This document shows, in pieces, positions 1 to 11,602 of a stretch of DNA of 64,000 bases. Below the pieces are notes generated by a model. The model did not search any database, was not told the origin of the DNA, and was given only the letters and a program-made list of their open reading frames with translations. Origin of the DNA: Amoebophrya sp. A120 (taxonomy: Eukaryota; Protista; Dinoflagellata); contig CAJINV010000006.1 in assembly GCA_905178155.1 (NCBI GenBank), positions 1,179,876-1,243,875 of the forward strand. Reading direction: 5' to 3'. Made by a program: the position numbers and the translations under genes. The number at the start of each line of letters is the position of its first letter. The first letter of the stretch is position 1.

Positions 1-3000
1 CATGGAATTAGTCGGAATTCTGCTCAAGGCCAAACTGTCGACGACGAATCCCCCGAAGCAGGAGAAAGACAACCTGCTCGCCTGGCTCGCGGACCACTTT
101 CAGCCCTTCGACATTTTGCCGAAGAGACAGCCCGAGCCGACGTCCTATGGAAGCGTCAGGATCGAAATCGTCAAAGTTGAAATAATCTGTGATGCAGAAA
201 AGCGATACAAGCTGAAGCCCAGTTTGCAAGTGGCGCATGACAAATTTTAGGAGCATGGAAATCCAGTTTGTCATACTGTTTGCGTGGAGAAGATTGCTTT
301 TGTCATGCTATCTTAGCAGCTCTACCTCACACCCCAAACAGGCTGATAATCGGCCTCAGTTGCCTGCTCTACAAGACAGGCCCTTTGCGCCTAGCATTTT
401 ATGCATCACAAACTATTTCAACTTTGACGATTTCAATCCTGACACTTCCATACGTTCAGCACAACGACTACAACCGGAGACAAAGATGGGAAAGACAAAA
501 CTGCTATCCACCGGTGCAAAAATACGATCGTACCGTGCTTCCTCGTGCAAGGAACTATTGCAAAATAAACTGCATGACAAATAAAGTGTAGTTTTCAACG
601 ACAACGTTTATAGCAGAATCTGCATCAGAAAGTCGTGGTCCTTTTTTCATCTATTTCAACATTCGGAAGTTTGTCATGCTCATGCATTTGCATGAATGTT
701 GTGCTTTAGCTTTGCTAAGCTACATCATAACGATTACAATCAGACGGTCGTACCTTAACTTTTGCAATGCATATATGGCATTCTCAAACGTTACATTCTC
801 AACTGTTACATGGATTTGTCATGCATAACTACCTGAAGCCGCCAGATAATCAAGCGGCTACGCATGACAAATCCCGGAGGGCTAAACAGCATGTAAATCT
901 GTGTGGAATTTGTCATGCAAAAGGAGCAATCTTCCCCCTTTCATTTTTGCCGTTCTTGCATTACAGATTCATGTAACAGTTGAGAATGTAACATTTGAGA
1001 ACTCCATAGCATAAGTGACAAGGATGGGGACAAGAAGATGGAGGACGCCGCAAAGCCGACGTCCTTTGCGGCAAAGAAGATTGGGCAGCTATGAACTGCA
1101 AAAGTATCGTACTCGTATAAATGCATTACAAATTTCCTCAGCACGTTGAGAAATAAAATTTGTAATGCGGATTTGCCTTCAGAAAAAGATTTGTAATGCA
1201 AGACTTGCATTTATACGAATAGGAATACGATACTTTTGCACAGGATAGCAGCTGTCGCACTACAACAAGGCCGCGGAGGCGGATTTTCTGGACGCCCGGG
1301 CCCTGCATCTGTCCCTGAAAGCCTCTGTGTTGCTACGCATTGCAAATTTATCCTTGGCTACTTTGGAAAAGGAAACGCCGCCCAGAACAAGACGAGATTC
1401 CTTTTTCATCTTTTCACGCATGACAGATCTGGAGGTTACAGAAACCGCGCATTACAAATTCAATATCATGACATAGAAAAACTAAAACAAGGTATTTGCA
1501 ATGCATAGCTAGTGAGCTTCAACGACTTGGAAGCAGCAAAAGAAACCGTCGCCGACGAGCTGAACTATGCTATTGGAAAACTGCCTTCGATCGACGATTT
1601 CGATTTGTCTACTGATTCTTGGGCATTGATTCAGGATCAGCATATACAAGTTTATTTCTTTACCTGTGCTTTTGCCGGTAAATGAAAATGTAATAAGCAA
1701 ATATAAAGAATTTCAGGACATCTACATCACAAATAGCTCCTGTTTGATTACCAGAGCAATTTTTGCCTTGCAAATTCAGACCCAGATCGAGATTGAATAT
1801 CGAAGGAATTTTACCCTAGCATACCAAAGACGAGCTCTTCAAGTACCGGGTACCCGTCAGCGTGAAGCCACGAGTTTTATGCATTGCGAATTTGTGGATG
1901 TGGCGATCATTCTCCGACAGATGAACATTTTGTCATGCAAAACTGGCGTACGACTGGGACTGCTGTGCTCTTTGTAGCACGTGCACTTGTCACCGCGACT
2001 TCTACTTTTTTGCCCTCTCGGGAGGTAATTGTTTCATGAAGCGTATTAGCACCAGCAAGAAGTTGGGAACTGTGTTGTGACTGAAAAATTTGAATTTGCA
2101 TGAAAAATTATATAATTCAGAGCAGCTCGTCGACACATCAATTATTTCCTTTCATAAGGCTTCGCTTGGTTTTACAAGAGTCAGATGCTGGTCTACCACC
2201 TCGCGCAGGACAGTTCCAAGTATAGTGATTGTTCTTTGTGGTCGTGTAAGTACTACGTTTGTCATGCAAAATTTGCATTCTAGCAAGGCTCTAGTACCAG
2301 ATAGGAGAATAAAAATGCACATGGAGATGTGTTATGATGATGATCATTTTGCATCGGGAATTAAGAAAAAGATTATAAGATTGATCACGAAGCTCTTTAG
2401 ACGACGGGCATTGTAGTTGTAGAACAAGAAGATAGAATGACAAGTAGCCCTTCAAATTGCGAAAAGAAACATCACACAAAATCCCCACTCACACAGGTAC
2501 TATGCCGCGGGTGTGAACTACCTCCGGTACACTCCCTTGTCCGAGGTCGATTTCCCGCTTGTCGACCTGGCCGTCAACCTGGGCATTGCCGCACTAGTGG
2601 CCCTATGCATTGCAAATATATTCGAATCTGGGTCCTCTGGGAGGAGGCCGCAAACTTGTGATGCGGAGTCTGAAGTTAGTAGAGAAAAATCTGTCTTGCG
2701 GACTTCTCAGCAAGATGAGGTGTGCGCTTTTCCTCGTCTCCACCCGAAGAGGAAGAGGGCATTATTTCATCTGATGCAGGATGGCAAGGACAAGGAGAAG
2801 CCTCCGGTGCGGATGAACTTGTCATGCTCTGCTTGCGTTCTTGCAGTTGCAGACCCGGCTCCAGAAATAAATTCGTGACCAGTTGTTTCTGCAGTCTTCC
2901 AGAGGACCCAGATAACCTATTTGCAGTCGATACGCCCCGGGGGAATACAATTTTGGGCAGTTGCTCGGAATGGATATCGTACGAAAAAAGTGTTTCACTG

Positions 3001-6000
3001 TAAGGATGATGCAACTTTTGCATCACAAGTTTATTCTACATCACAGAGAAAATTTGCCATGCGAGGTTCCTACGGGAAAACACAGCTAAAAATCCATTGT
3101 CTTGCACGTGTAGCAAGACAAAAACTTCTCAGATACACTTTCTGCATCACAAGTTTACAGTGAAGCAGTTTTTTCTTGCGATAATGGATCTCTTATATCC
3201 CATGTGAAGATCGATAACTCCTCATCGACGACGCCCTCAAAACTACATGGCATCCTTGCATTCAAATCATTTGTATTGGGAAAGCACTGCAAGCAGCTCA
3301 GCAGCATTACAAATTCCTTTTGCCGTACTTCTCTACGCAGGATATCAGGTTTAGGTGAGCAGTCGTGGTGATATGTCTATGCATGACGACTTGGGGCAGT
3401 CGATGGAGATGATAATTTTCCAAAGCACAATCGTCAGCACGACCTGATCAAGAACCAACTCTGGATCTACGACCTGCTGTACGCCTTTCAGGGTATCCAT
3501 GGATGAAAACTGAAAATTCGCGCATATCATTAGCCTGATGGAGTCGAAAACAATAACTATTTTTGGCAGCGCTAGTATGCTTCCGGTCATATCTACTACG
3601 CTGTGAAGAGAAGAAGTGCTTCATCATCTATGAAAAATACCTCGTCTTGTTCCGCTTGATACTGACGAAATAAAAAACAGAATTGCATGCGCCGCAGTCC
3701 CATAGAAGGACAAGGAATCGGAAGCATGCCGTCGTAGATTTGTAAGTTGTTATTGTTTCTTGTGTTCCACAGCAAATGAAACAGACTAGCTACCGAGCAG
3801 AGCTACTAGTACTACCTTTTTTGCGAACAACGAAAAGGAGCATGAAGCAGCAGTATCATTAATTAATATTAAGATATTAGATGCATGACAAACACAACCA
3901 ATGTAGAGCAGGACCAAGCGCAAACATCCTCGGTCCATCATCTCAGGCTAATAATATTGTGCTCGAAAATAATTTTTCACAGCTTCATACCGGAGGGAAA
4001 ATACGAGCTCTACGACGCTTGTCAGAAAAAGTGGGCGGCTGAGGTAAGAAAGAAATTTTGATTTCGCTTGTAGCTTTGACTTTATCTGCTCTAGTTGTAG
4101 TGTGTGCAGCATGTAGTACTCTTTCTACTCTAGTAGACTAGTGTTGAAAACAGAGATCACGACTGAGAAGTGTCATGGCAATAGTACTCTTTACTCCCTA
4201 GTAGAGGTAGAGTGAATATGTGATGCATGGTGCGCTACATGTGTAGTTCAAGTTCTTGTACGTCATGTGTTTCTATCGTTTTTATTTGATCCTATCACGA
4301 CAGATTAGCAAGGCGAGTATTTTGAAGGAGAAGGAGGCGGAGATTTACGAAAAATTCTGGTATCCAGATTGATCAGAATTTGTGTGGATGAGTCGAAAAC
4401 TCGGAGTCGGGATTTGCATTGCAGAAAGTGAAAGGCGGCCGCCTTGGGTGTGATGCATGTGCATGACAACATGCAACTTTGTCATGCTGCTAAACTACAG
4501 ACACCATGCGGTTGCGGACGTTGTGCAGGTCAATTTTATTACTGAATAGAAATTTTCTATTTTATCACTGAAAAGAAATTCGGATAGTTTTTCAGTGCTT
4601 TTCTGAAAAGCAGTGAAAAACTATCCAATTGGACAGCATGAAGCCCGCCTGTGCCAAAAGTCAGAGTGAAATACAAAAAATAAATTCCGTCCGGGAAAAT
4701 AAAGTTCATTCAGCAAAAATTTTCAAGTCCATATTTCCTCCACTGTCCTGATGGAGTTCGCGTTCCGGCAGCCGAAGGGGATAAGCAAGTGGAAAATCAC
4801 AGTCTCACCGTGCCGGTGGCCGTGGAATATGATTTTTACAGAGGATGAATTTTTCTTGAAAATGCTTGTTGCTGTTGACGTTTAGAACAGTAGAGAAACG
4901 GATTTCTGCCGAGCGGCATTTACCATTTCTTTTTAACTAATATCTATGCGCACAACCCCCACATTCAAAAGTGCCAAAAAGAGAATGACACGAAGTACTA
5001 CACTAACTCTCGGGCTACTGCTACGTATAACAAAAAAACGTAGTCACTCGCATGACAAGTTTCATCTACTTCACCCAAGCAGCTGCACGGAGCTGCTGCA
5101 GACTGCTGGGTGAGACTGCTGGTTTTCCACAGGGATAAGCGAAGCGTACGATCCAGCTGAACGATATGGAAGCCTCAGAAAAATGATCCTCAAAGTGGAA
5201 ATAATTTGTGATGCATGAAATGCGACACCAAAAAGACTGCATTGCAGAGAACGCAATGGAGGCCGACTATTGTGCTTCTACGGGCTGCCGATTAGCACGA
5301 GAGACGGGCACCCATTTTCCGAACTAGCATGACAGACACGTTTATTTGAGTGCTGCCCGGGATGTTTGTCATGCGCCGACTAGAAATGGTGCTTCGACTG
5401 TAGTCGTTTTCTTGCATCACAAATTTTATTCACTTTGAGGATTTCCATTCTGAGGCTGTCATAAACGAGCTGCGGAAACTGATCCGGGTGGAAGACATCG
5501 AGACCCTGCTGATCAACGCGATGTATCCTGTGGAAAAACGTCCACACCCCGCCAGATATAAAGTGTAAAAGTGTCTGGGTGTGGAAGAATGCAACTTGTC
5601 ATGCTGCGTCTGCATTATCCAAAAATCTGTATTGCATGAACAGCAAAAGTAGAGGTCTGGCTTTGGCCCCGGCGAGAGGGCATTTCTCATGCGGTATAGG
5701 CATCAGAAAGCCCTCTTCACAAGATCTGTGATGCTAAGGCATGCATCGCAGACATCAGGAGTCATGCAAAATGTGCATGACAAACCTTGCATCCTTCCAG
5801 ACCCAGACATTTTTACAGTTGATACCAGAGTTGCCATGCTGATTTGCAGTTCTTTCAGAAATAATAATGATTGTAATGCACACCTCCCATGATGATCATG
5901 AAGAGGGGCATTCTCTATCGTGTTTTGGAATTTGTAATGCTGGGAACAGGAGAAGGGAATGGATTTGTGGTGCGGCTCTCCTTGCTAAACTGCGCAACAC

Positions 6001-7245
6001 TAAAGAGATGAACTTGTCATGCGCGACTTCCAAAACTTGCGGACTTGTGTTGCTAAGTTCGCAATTTGGCTATGGGATGGGAACGTTTTTCCTCAGGATG
6101 CGATGTGTGCGGATCTCATCAAGGGAACGATCGACCAGGTGGAGCAGATATCAAATGCAAATACCTCTCAGTCTAGAAGATGTAATGCTATGTTGTCGTG
6201 CTCGTCTCACATGAGTCTTGAATCTGTAATGCGTGAGCAGGAAATATAAAGCCTTTCGCCTGTCGTGCAAAAATTTAGTTTGTCATGCGGAAAGCGAAAG
6301 CGAAACGCAAAGGAGCCATCCAGAAACTTGTCATGCGTGGCTGCGCATTGCAGTGAACCCACCATTTTTTGCTATCCAGCATCACAAGTTTCCTCCAGAC
6401 CCGGACATATTTGCATTCGATAGCAGACCTTCTCTTACCACTACGTCAAGCCGCGTGTGCTGGATAAGACGAGAATCCACGACCTCGAGAGCAGGGTAAG
6501 GGTATTTTTGAAGGATAGTACTTTAGCTACATCTTTATTCCACGAGGACCTCCGCCCTCTTGTTCGTGATGCGTGACATGTAGAAATGTCTTCACTTTAG
6601 TTTCGCACACGCGCATGACAAATTTTCTCACTCTGATTTTGTCTACCGCATCACAAATTTTCGTAGGTCACCACATGGATCGAGCAGCAAAACGTGGTGT
6701 TGAAGCAGTTCGAATATGCACAGTGCAAAAGTATCGTACTATAGCGGAAATCGCATCACACATTCGCACAGCATGTTCAGAAATCGAATTTGTCATGCTG
6801 AATCACGGAGACACCATAGCCTAAATAAAGACTTGTCATGCAAAAATATTGCGATTACTACGACAGACTACGTGTACGATACTTTTGCAGAGGATATCGA
6901 AGAGCTGTATGAAACAGGAAGATTTTTTCCTTGTCTTCAAGAAGGAGAAGGATGAACTAATTAAGGTTGTCATGCGAATTCGTCAAGAAGAGAATTTTTT
7001 ATTTTTGTCATGCTAGCTAGGATCTCGATCTCCCGTGAAAGAAACGTTGGCGTGCTGCTCGTTGCACTTTGGAGTTTTACTCCTCTATCTCTTTGGAAAA
7101 AGAAAAATCTACTGCAAGGTCGGCGGGCCAATGTTGCGCATCAGCACTTCTTAGAAAAATATCGATCCGTCATTTGTTTTATTTCGACAAGGATCATCTT
7201 CTTTCCTTTCATACCCTCACCCCGGAGTTGCTGGTGACGGTGTGA
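1..7245 (+). CDS. RPN9: 26S proteasome regulatory subunit Rpn9/PSMD13 (PCI domain), multi-exon, 5' end lies outside the window
   Basis: Manual joining across TIR elements and GT-AG introns gives MELVGILLKAK..., FNDLEAAKETVADELN, RVFAWFYKSQ, YYAAGVNYLRYTPLSEVDFPLVDLAVNLGIAALVAPGEYNFGQLL, KRTIQLNELRKLIRVEDIETLLINAMCADLIKGTIDQVEQTFSYHYVKPRVLDKTRIHDLESRVTTWIEQQ...EELTPELLVTV*. These are collinear with PSMD13 motifs as I recall them ([32 protein letters not shown]...VQPRVLD). Differences to copy 2 are mostly synonymous in this frame. A few junctions (~1350, ~3200-3600, ~4360-5080) are unresolved. Confidence 0.88.
146..452. mobile_element. TIR introner/MITE, family B (TATGGAAGCGTCAGG...)
   Basis: ~50-bp TIRs TATGG...CCATA, TSD cgtcc/cgttc, interrupts the Rpn9 frame. 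Related to 5165-5463 and 59419-59725. Confidence 0.9.
774..1008. mobile_element. TIR element, family A (TATGGCATTCTCAAACG...)
   Basis: TIRs, perfect TSD GCATA, empty site in copy 2 (~36,465). Confidence 0.93.
1090..1247. mobile_element. TIR introner, family E (TGCAAAAGTATCGTA TIR core)
   Basis: TSD GCAGC, lies in an Rpn9 exon, empty site at ~37,380. Confidence 0.92.
1566..1823. mobile_element. Old TIR introner in Rpn9 (both copies)
   Basis: TATGCTA...TAGCATA ends. Removing it plus 5 nt gives ELN-DELFKYRVP in frame. TSD decayed. Confidence 0.75.
2604..2932. mobile_element. TIR introner, family C-like
   Basis: TATGCATTGCAAAT...ATTTGCAGTCGATA, TSD ggccc/cgccc. Removal joins LVA-PGEYNFG. Confidence 0.88.
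2975..3183. mobile_element. TIR introner
   Basis: TATCGTACGAAAAAA...TTTTTTCTTGCGATA, perfect TSD ATGGA. Confidence 0.88.
5165..5463. mobile_element. TIR introner, family B-like
   Basis: TSD AACGA, empty site at ~40,845. Removal restores IQLNELRK. Confidence 0.93.
5524..6100. mobile_element. TIR introner, family D, with a nested family C element (5557-5824)
   Basis: TATCCTGTGGAAAAACG...CGTTTTTCCTCAGGATG, TSD CGATG. The nested element has TSD CCAGA and is absent from copy 2 (~40,933). Confidence 0.92.
6149..6422. mobile_element. TIR introner, family C (also 41259-41532)
   Basis: TATCAAATGC...GCATTCGATA, TSD GCAGA. Removal gives DQVEQ-TFSYHYVKPRVLD. Confidence 0.93.
6715..6896. mobile_element. 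TIR introner, family E
   Basis: TSD TCGAA, TGCAAAAGTATCGTAC TIR core. Confidence 0.9.
6908..7213. mobile_element. Old TIR introner before the last Rpn9 exon
   Basis: TATGAAACAGGAAGAT...ATCTTCTTTCCTTTCATA. Removing it plus 5 nt gives EEL-TPELLVTV*. Confidence 0.78.
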
Positions 7246-7292
7246 TAATAAGTACCAAGGGGCTCCTGAACACGACGACGACGACGACGAAG

Positions 7293-8912
7293 TATAGAGA
7301 TGAAAATCGTGATCTTCCCGCGTGTTCTTATCCCTAAGAAAAATCGCGCCATACCGTCGCGATTCGTGGGATTTTTTTATTCTAGGCAAGGCCTGGCGTG
7401 TCTGAGGCGAACAAAAGCGCCACCGCCCAGGGCTATCCAAAGCCTTCGCCGCGCATCATCCAGAGGGTCGCGCTTTCGTGCTTAGCGCAGCCCCAGCTCA
7501 TGCGCCAGGGAACGCTCTGCACACTGACAGAATAACCGCCGGCCACTGTGTCCAAGTTCGCGCGCCCGGGCGCGAGCTGATGCCCCACCCAAAGAGCCCC
7601 CCCAAGCCGGGGCTACGCCGGCGGTCGCACCGGGCCGCGGCAGTGTGCGCGCCCACTCGTCTCTCTTTGTGTCAGGCAGCAGATGATGGCCCCTCCGGTG
7701 TTGTCTTTGGTGCCTGCGCCGTGCCGTCGGTCCTAAATTAGGACCGGTGGGGCGCTGGCTCCATAAAATGATATGTATATGGCTATGGGACCATGTCCAC
7801 GAAGCAAAGATGGTGCTTCAGCTGCGCACGTTCCCGCTCGTGCATAGATAAGAACACTACTGCAGCGACCTGCTGTGGTGTTTTGGGATGAAGCAGAGTT
7901 GTAGCTTCGGCTCCAAATGTTCCCGTTCTCGTTTTCTGTTGTTCTTATCCTCCAACTCCGTGCATAGATAAAGAAGTTCTCATCTATGCACGGAGATGAT
8001 TGGACGATCAGAATTGAAGCGTCTCCGCCAGATGTTCCCGTTCTCTCAAACATGCTGTTCTTATCCCTCCTGTTCGTGCATAGATAAGAACACCATTGTT
8101 AGGTCGTTACAAACGTGTTCTTATCTATGCACCATTTGGAGGATAAGAACAGCATGTTTGCGAGAACGGGAACATCTGGCGCAGAAGATGTCATTCTGCT
8201 TCGTGCCAGCACCACCGTCAGGTCGTTACAAACGTGTTCTTATCTATGCACGGCGTGGAGGATAAGAGCAGCAGTGTTCGAGAACGGGAACATTTGGCGC
8301 AGAAGCTCCAACTCTGCTTCATGCCAAAACATCAATGCCAGGGCGTTGCAGTAGGTGGTCTTATCTATCTCTCCGAAGCGTTCAAACGAGTACCAGGCGG
8401 GAAGCTTTCAAGGTCTTCTGCCAGTGCGTCCACCATCGCCGCGAAAGCGGCGCCAACGGCGAGTGAGCGGGGCGGTGGGTGGGAGATTGGGTTGCGCTTG
8501 AAGAGTTCCAAGGGGTCACGAGGGGCCTGCGCACCAAGTCCGCACGAGCCGGCTTGCGGCCTTTTTTGGGTTGCGAGTACGTAGGGCCCGGGGCCGCGGA
8601 AAAGATGCTCGCCTGCGCCGGATGGCTGTGCTGTGCGTGCCCGTTGGGCGCGTCGATCTGCGCAGTGGGGGGGCGCTCATTAGTCTAGGTCTAGGTTCGT
8701 CGGGGTGCTGAAATGCCTGCTGGTTCCTCTAGAACGACGCCTGGGCCGCGTGCAAAAACCCACCAGGGGAGGCAACAGCACTTCTACGCAGGCGCGACCA
8801 TAAAAACTGCAGCGCCTGCGTTGGCGCAAAAAAAAAGGCAAATCCCGACGGTATGCTGCGAATTTCTTTAGGGATAAGAACAGTGCTGAAGATCACCTAT
8901 TTCGTCTCTATA
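7293..8912. mobile_element. 1,620-bp non-autonomous foldback TIR element
   Basis: ~75-bp TIRs TATAGAGA...TCTCTATA, perfect TSD CGAAG, central ~530-bp imperfect palindrome, no credible ORF. Confidence 0.92.
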
Positions 8913-11276
8913 CGAAGATGTTGGTGGAACCACAGTAGAAGCTGTGAGAGTGAGAAACTGGATGAAACTAGCTTATTGTTCACGACGACCTTCATTATAG
9001 CGAAGTTCGTTGGACGAGGAACTCGTTCTGATTCTCGGCGTTGAACTAAAAAGAACCAGTTCAGATCTATGACACCAACGGTGCAGCTAGTCAAAGGAAA
9101 CTCCTTTATCGCTGTATCACGAACAGCCGATCTAGCATCATTGGGTGAGACAACAAGAGATGAAATTCGAGATTTCAACTTTTATTCGAGCAGAAGGCAA
9201 AAGAAACATTTTCACATTCTTCTTCAAACGGTTTATACGAGGAAAGTATCAACAACAAAACTACACGATTTTTTCAAGAAGCTGAATCTCCTGGTCTGAC
9301 GAAAAAAAATTAGTCCAAGTGAGGACTTGATGTTCGCAACAACGACGACGTCAGTCTTCCGGCCAAAGGAACCAAGTGCAAGTCGTAGAGCGAGTTCCAC
9401 CTACTTTGATGCCTTTATGTGTTCTTGCTTCTTCGGTTGATCATGTTGATGACCAGCAGCCTTTTCTTGCGCCGTCGATCGTCACCTACCGCATCTGTTC
9501 TCGTTCTTACGTCGTCGTCGCGTTGACATTTCTGTCTAAGTGCTGAATACCATGCAGAAAGCCAACATTTTAGTGCGTAGGACATTTATACTAATTCAAA
9601 TTCTAGCTTGAGTGCTGCCTGCAGCTGCAGCATGATGGCCCTAAGAATAATACCTTCTTGGTTTTTTTTTTGTAATTCTACTCCCGCTTCGGGACTGAAG
9701 CAACGGTGTTTTCGCTTTCGTGGGTTGGAAATTTAGATTTCCTGTGGCTGCACCACACCAGAGCACTCGTACGTCGGCTATGGTGGTGAAAAACTGCATT
9801 AGTACGGATGTTGCAAATTCGAATTAAACGTTTCAGGAAAGAATTGGAAGTGTTGTCGGTGAGTCTGAGTTGTGCAGAGGCAAAGATAATTGACTCGGTC
9901 CCAGTTGTGGTTTTCCCGTCCTCGTGCAGCTCTGCATGGCAGCGTAGTTGTCTTGACAATAGAGTACCCATGTACAACGTTGTGCCCACCTTTCGCTATA
10001 TATTTCGGTGTAGTTTTTCTATTTGTCCCCTCGTGCGCACCTCCTGCAGCTTCTGTTTATTAGTGCCGTCTGGCCCCCCGCCTTGCTCTTCAGGATAACT
10101 CACTGTTCATGTGTCGGTTTTGATATCGTACAAGAACGGCTTATTTTGTTTTCGGTTTTGTCGTGTGAGAACGTGAACGGGCGTTTTTTATCGGTTTTTT
10201 TCTGTCGTGGTGGTTTTCTCATCGGTTTGGTCGTGCAAGAATGGTGATTTTCTTCTCTTCATCGGTTTGGTCGTGCAAGAGTGGTCGTTTATTTATCGGT
10301 TTTGATGTTCTCGCATTGCAAGAACGGTAGTTCTTTATTCGGTTTTGTCGTGCGACTTACTGTGATGGCGTAATAGAAGCAGGTATGTGTTTATTGTTGA
10401 AATTTCTTCATCATGTAACTTATGGCTATGGTTCTTCGACAACTTGTTCCTGTTCTCTTTTCCACCTTTTCCAGGAGTTGCCAAGGATGTAGTGCTGGTC
10501 CTGTACCAGCCATCGACTCCACCCACTTTTTACTTCATGTAAACATAAAACCGAAACGCCGATTTAACTTTCATTTAAACTTCTTTTGATCACATCATAA
10601 TTGTCATTGACCCCCACGTCATCCGTATTGAATTCGCTTTCTTGTCTTCTTTTCGCATTTTTTTTTTACATTAATAACATTGCACCAGACTTCGCATGAT
10701 TCGCTGTCCCCCTGAAAATAGTAGTACACATTGATCTCGATCTCCCTATTGCTTTTCTGTTTACAACTGAATTTTGTTTGACATACATTACTTATCTCTA
10801 AGCAACACTTGAAGGACCACTCACTCAACGCACTTATTAACGACACTATTAAAGACCTACGTCGACTGAATTTATTGCTCTTGACGACCCAATTTAACGA
10901 ACATTTTGATGCACTACCAGGACACTTTATTTTTACAAATAAGATCATTACACCTCAAGCGAAGAAAAGGGAATCAAGAGTAAAAAAAGCAAGTACTACA
11001 ACCTCCCCAAGAGGAAATTTTGTTTTCTAATTTTTCACGTTTAACTTCAATTTTGCATTTTGCATTTATCCCACGCCACTTCTTGTGAACATCCAGGACA
11101 GGAGCCCCAGCACCTTCTGCGACCTGTAAGTACATTCCGTCGTGACGGAGCTGCCCCTGCAACTTGAGATCTACCAAAGGAAAACGACATCAAAACGCGT
11201 CCGAGGAAAAATAAAAAAACGCGCGACCCCTGCAACACCGATCTTCATCTCCAGGGGGAAGCATTTTGGTAGCTGT

Positions 11277-11602
11277 TACGCCATGCAAATATCGTCCCTG
11301 TACGGCTGGAAGAGTGCAAGGTTTGTAATGCATCTCGCGGACGACCACATCACACATGATCTACATCTACCAGCATCAGCATCTGGAATGCACGCAGAAG
11401 CATTACAGATTTTGCAAAACCTGCTTCTTGCCTAACCAGCGTGAGAAATCGAAATCCGTGTTTTTCTTTTTAGCAGCAACAAGTGTGCACCTTTTGGGTT
11501 TCTGCAACACAGATTTGCATTTTTTTGTTGTCGAGACTTCGCATCAGAAAAAGCTGCAACATTCTTCCAGACATCTTCCAGGGTGGATATTTGCAATGCA
11601 TA
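11277..11602. mobile_element. TIR element, family C-like (both copies)
   Basis: TACGCCATGCAAATATC...GATATTTGCAATGCATA, TSD gctgt/gcagt. Confidence 0.8.

Noticed and set aside
7841-8368. Repeated units as a CRISPR-like array
   Set aside because: Units are mirror-arranged with homologous intervening DNA, there are no unique spacers or cas genes, and they lie inside a TIR element.
10130-10355. Degenerate TCGGTTT..GTCGTGCAAGAA repeats
   Set aside because: Irregular spacing and no consistent frame or structure; treated as a decayed minisatellite.
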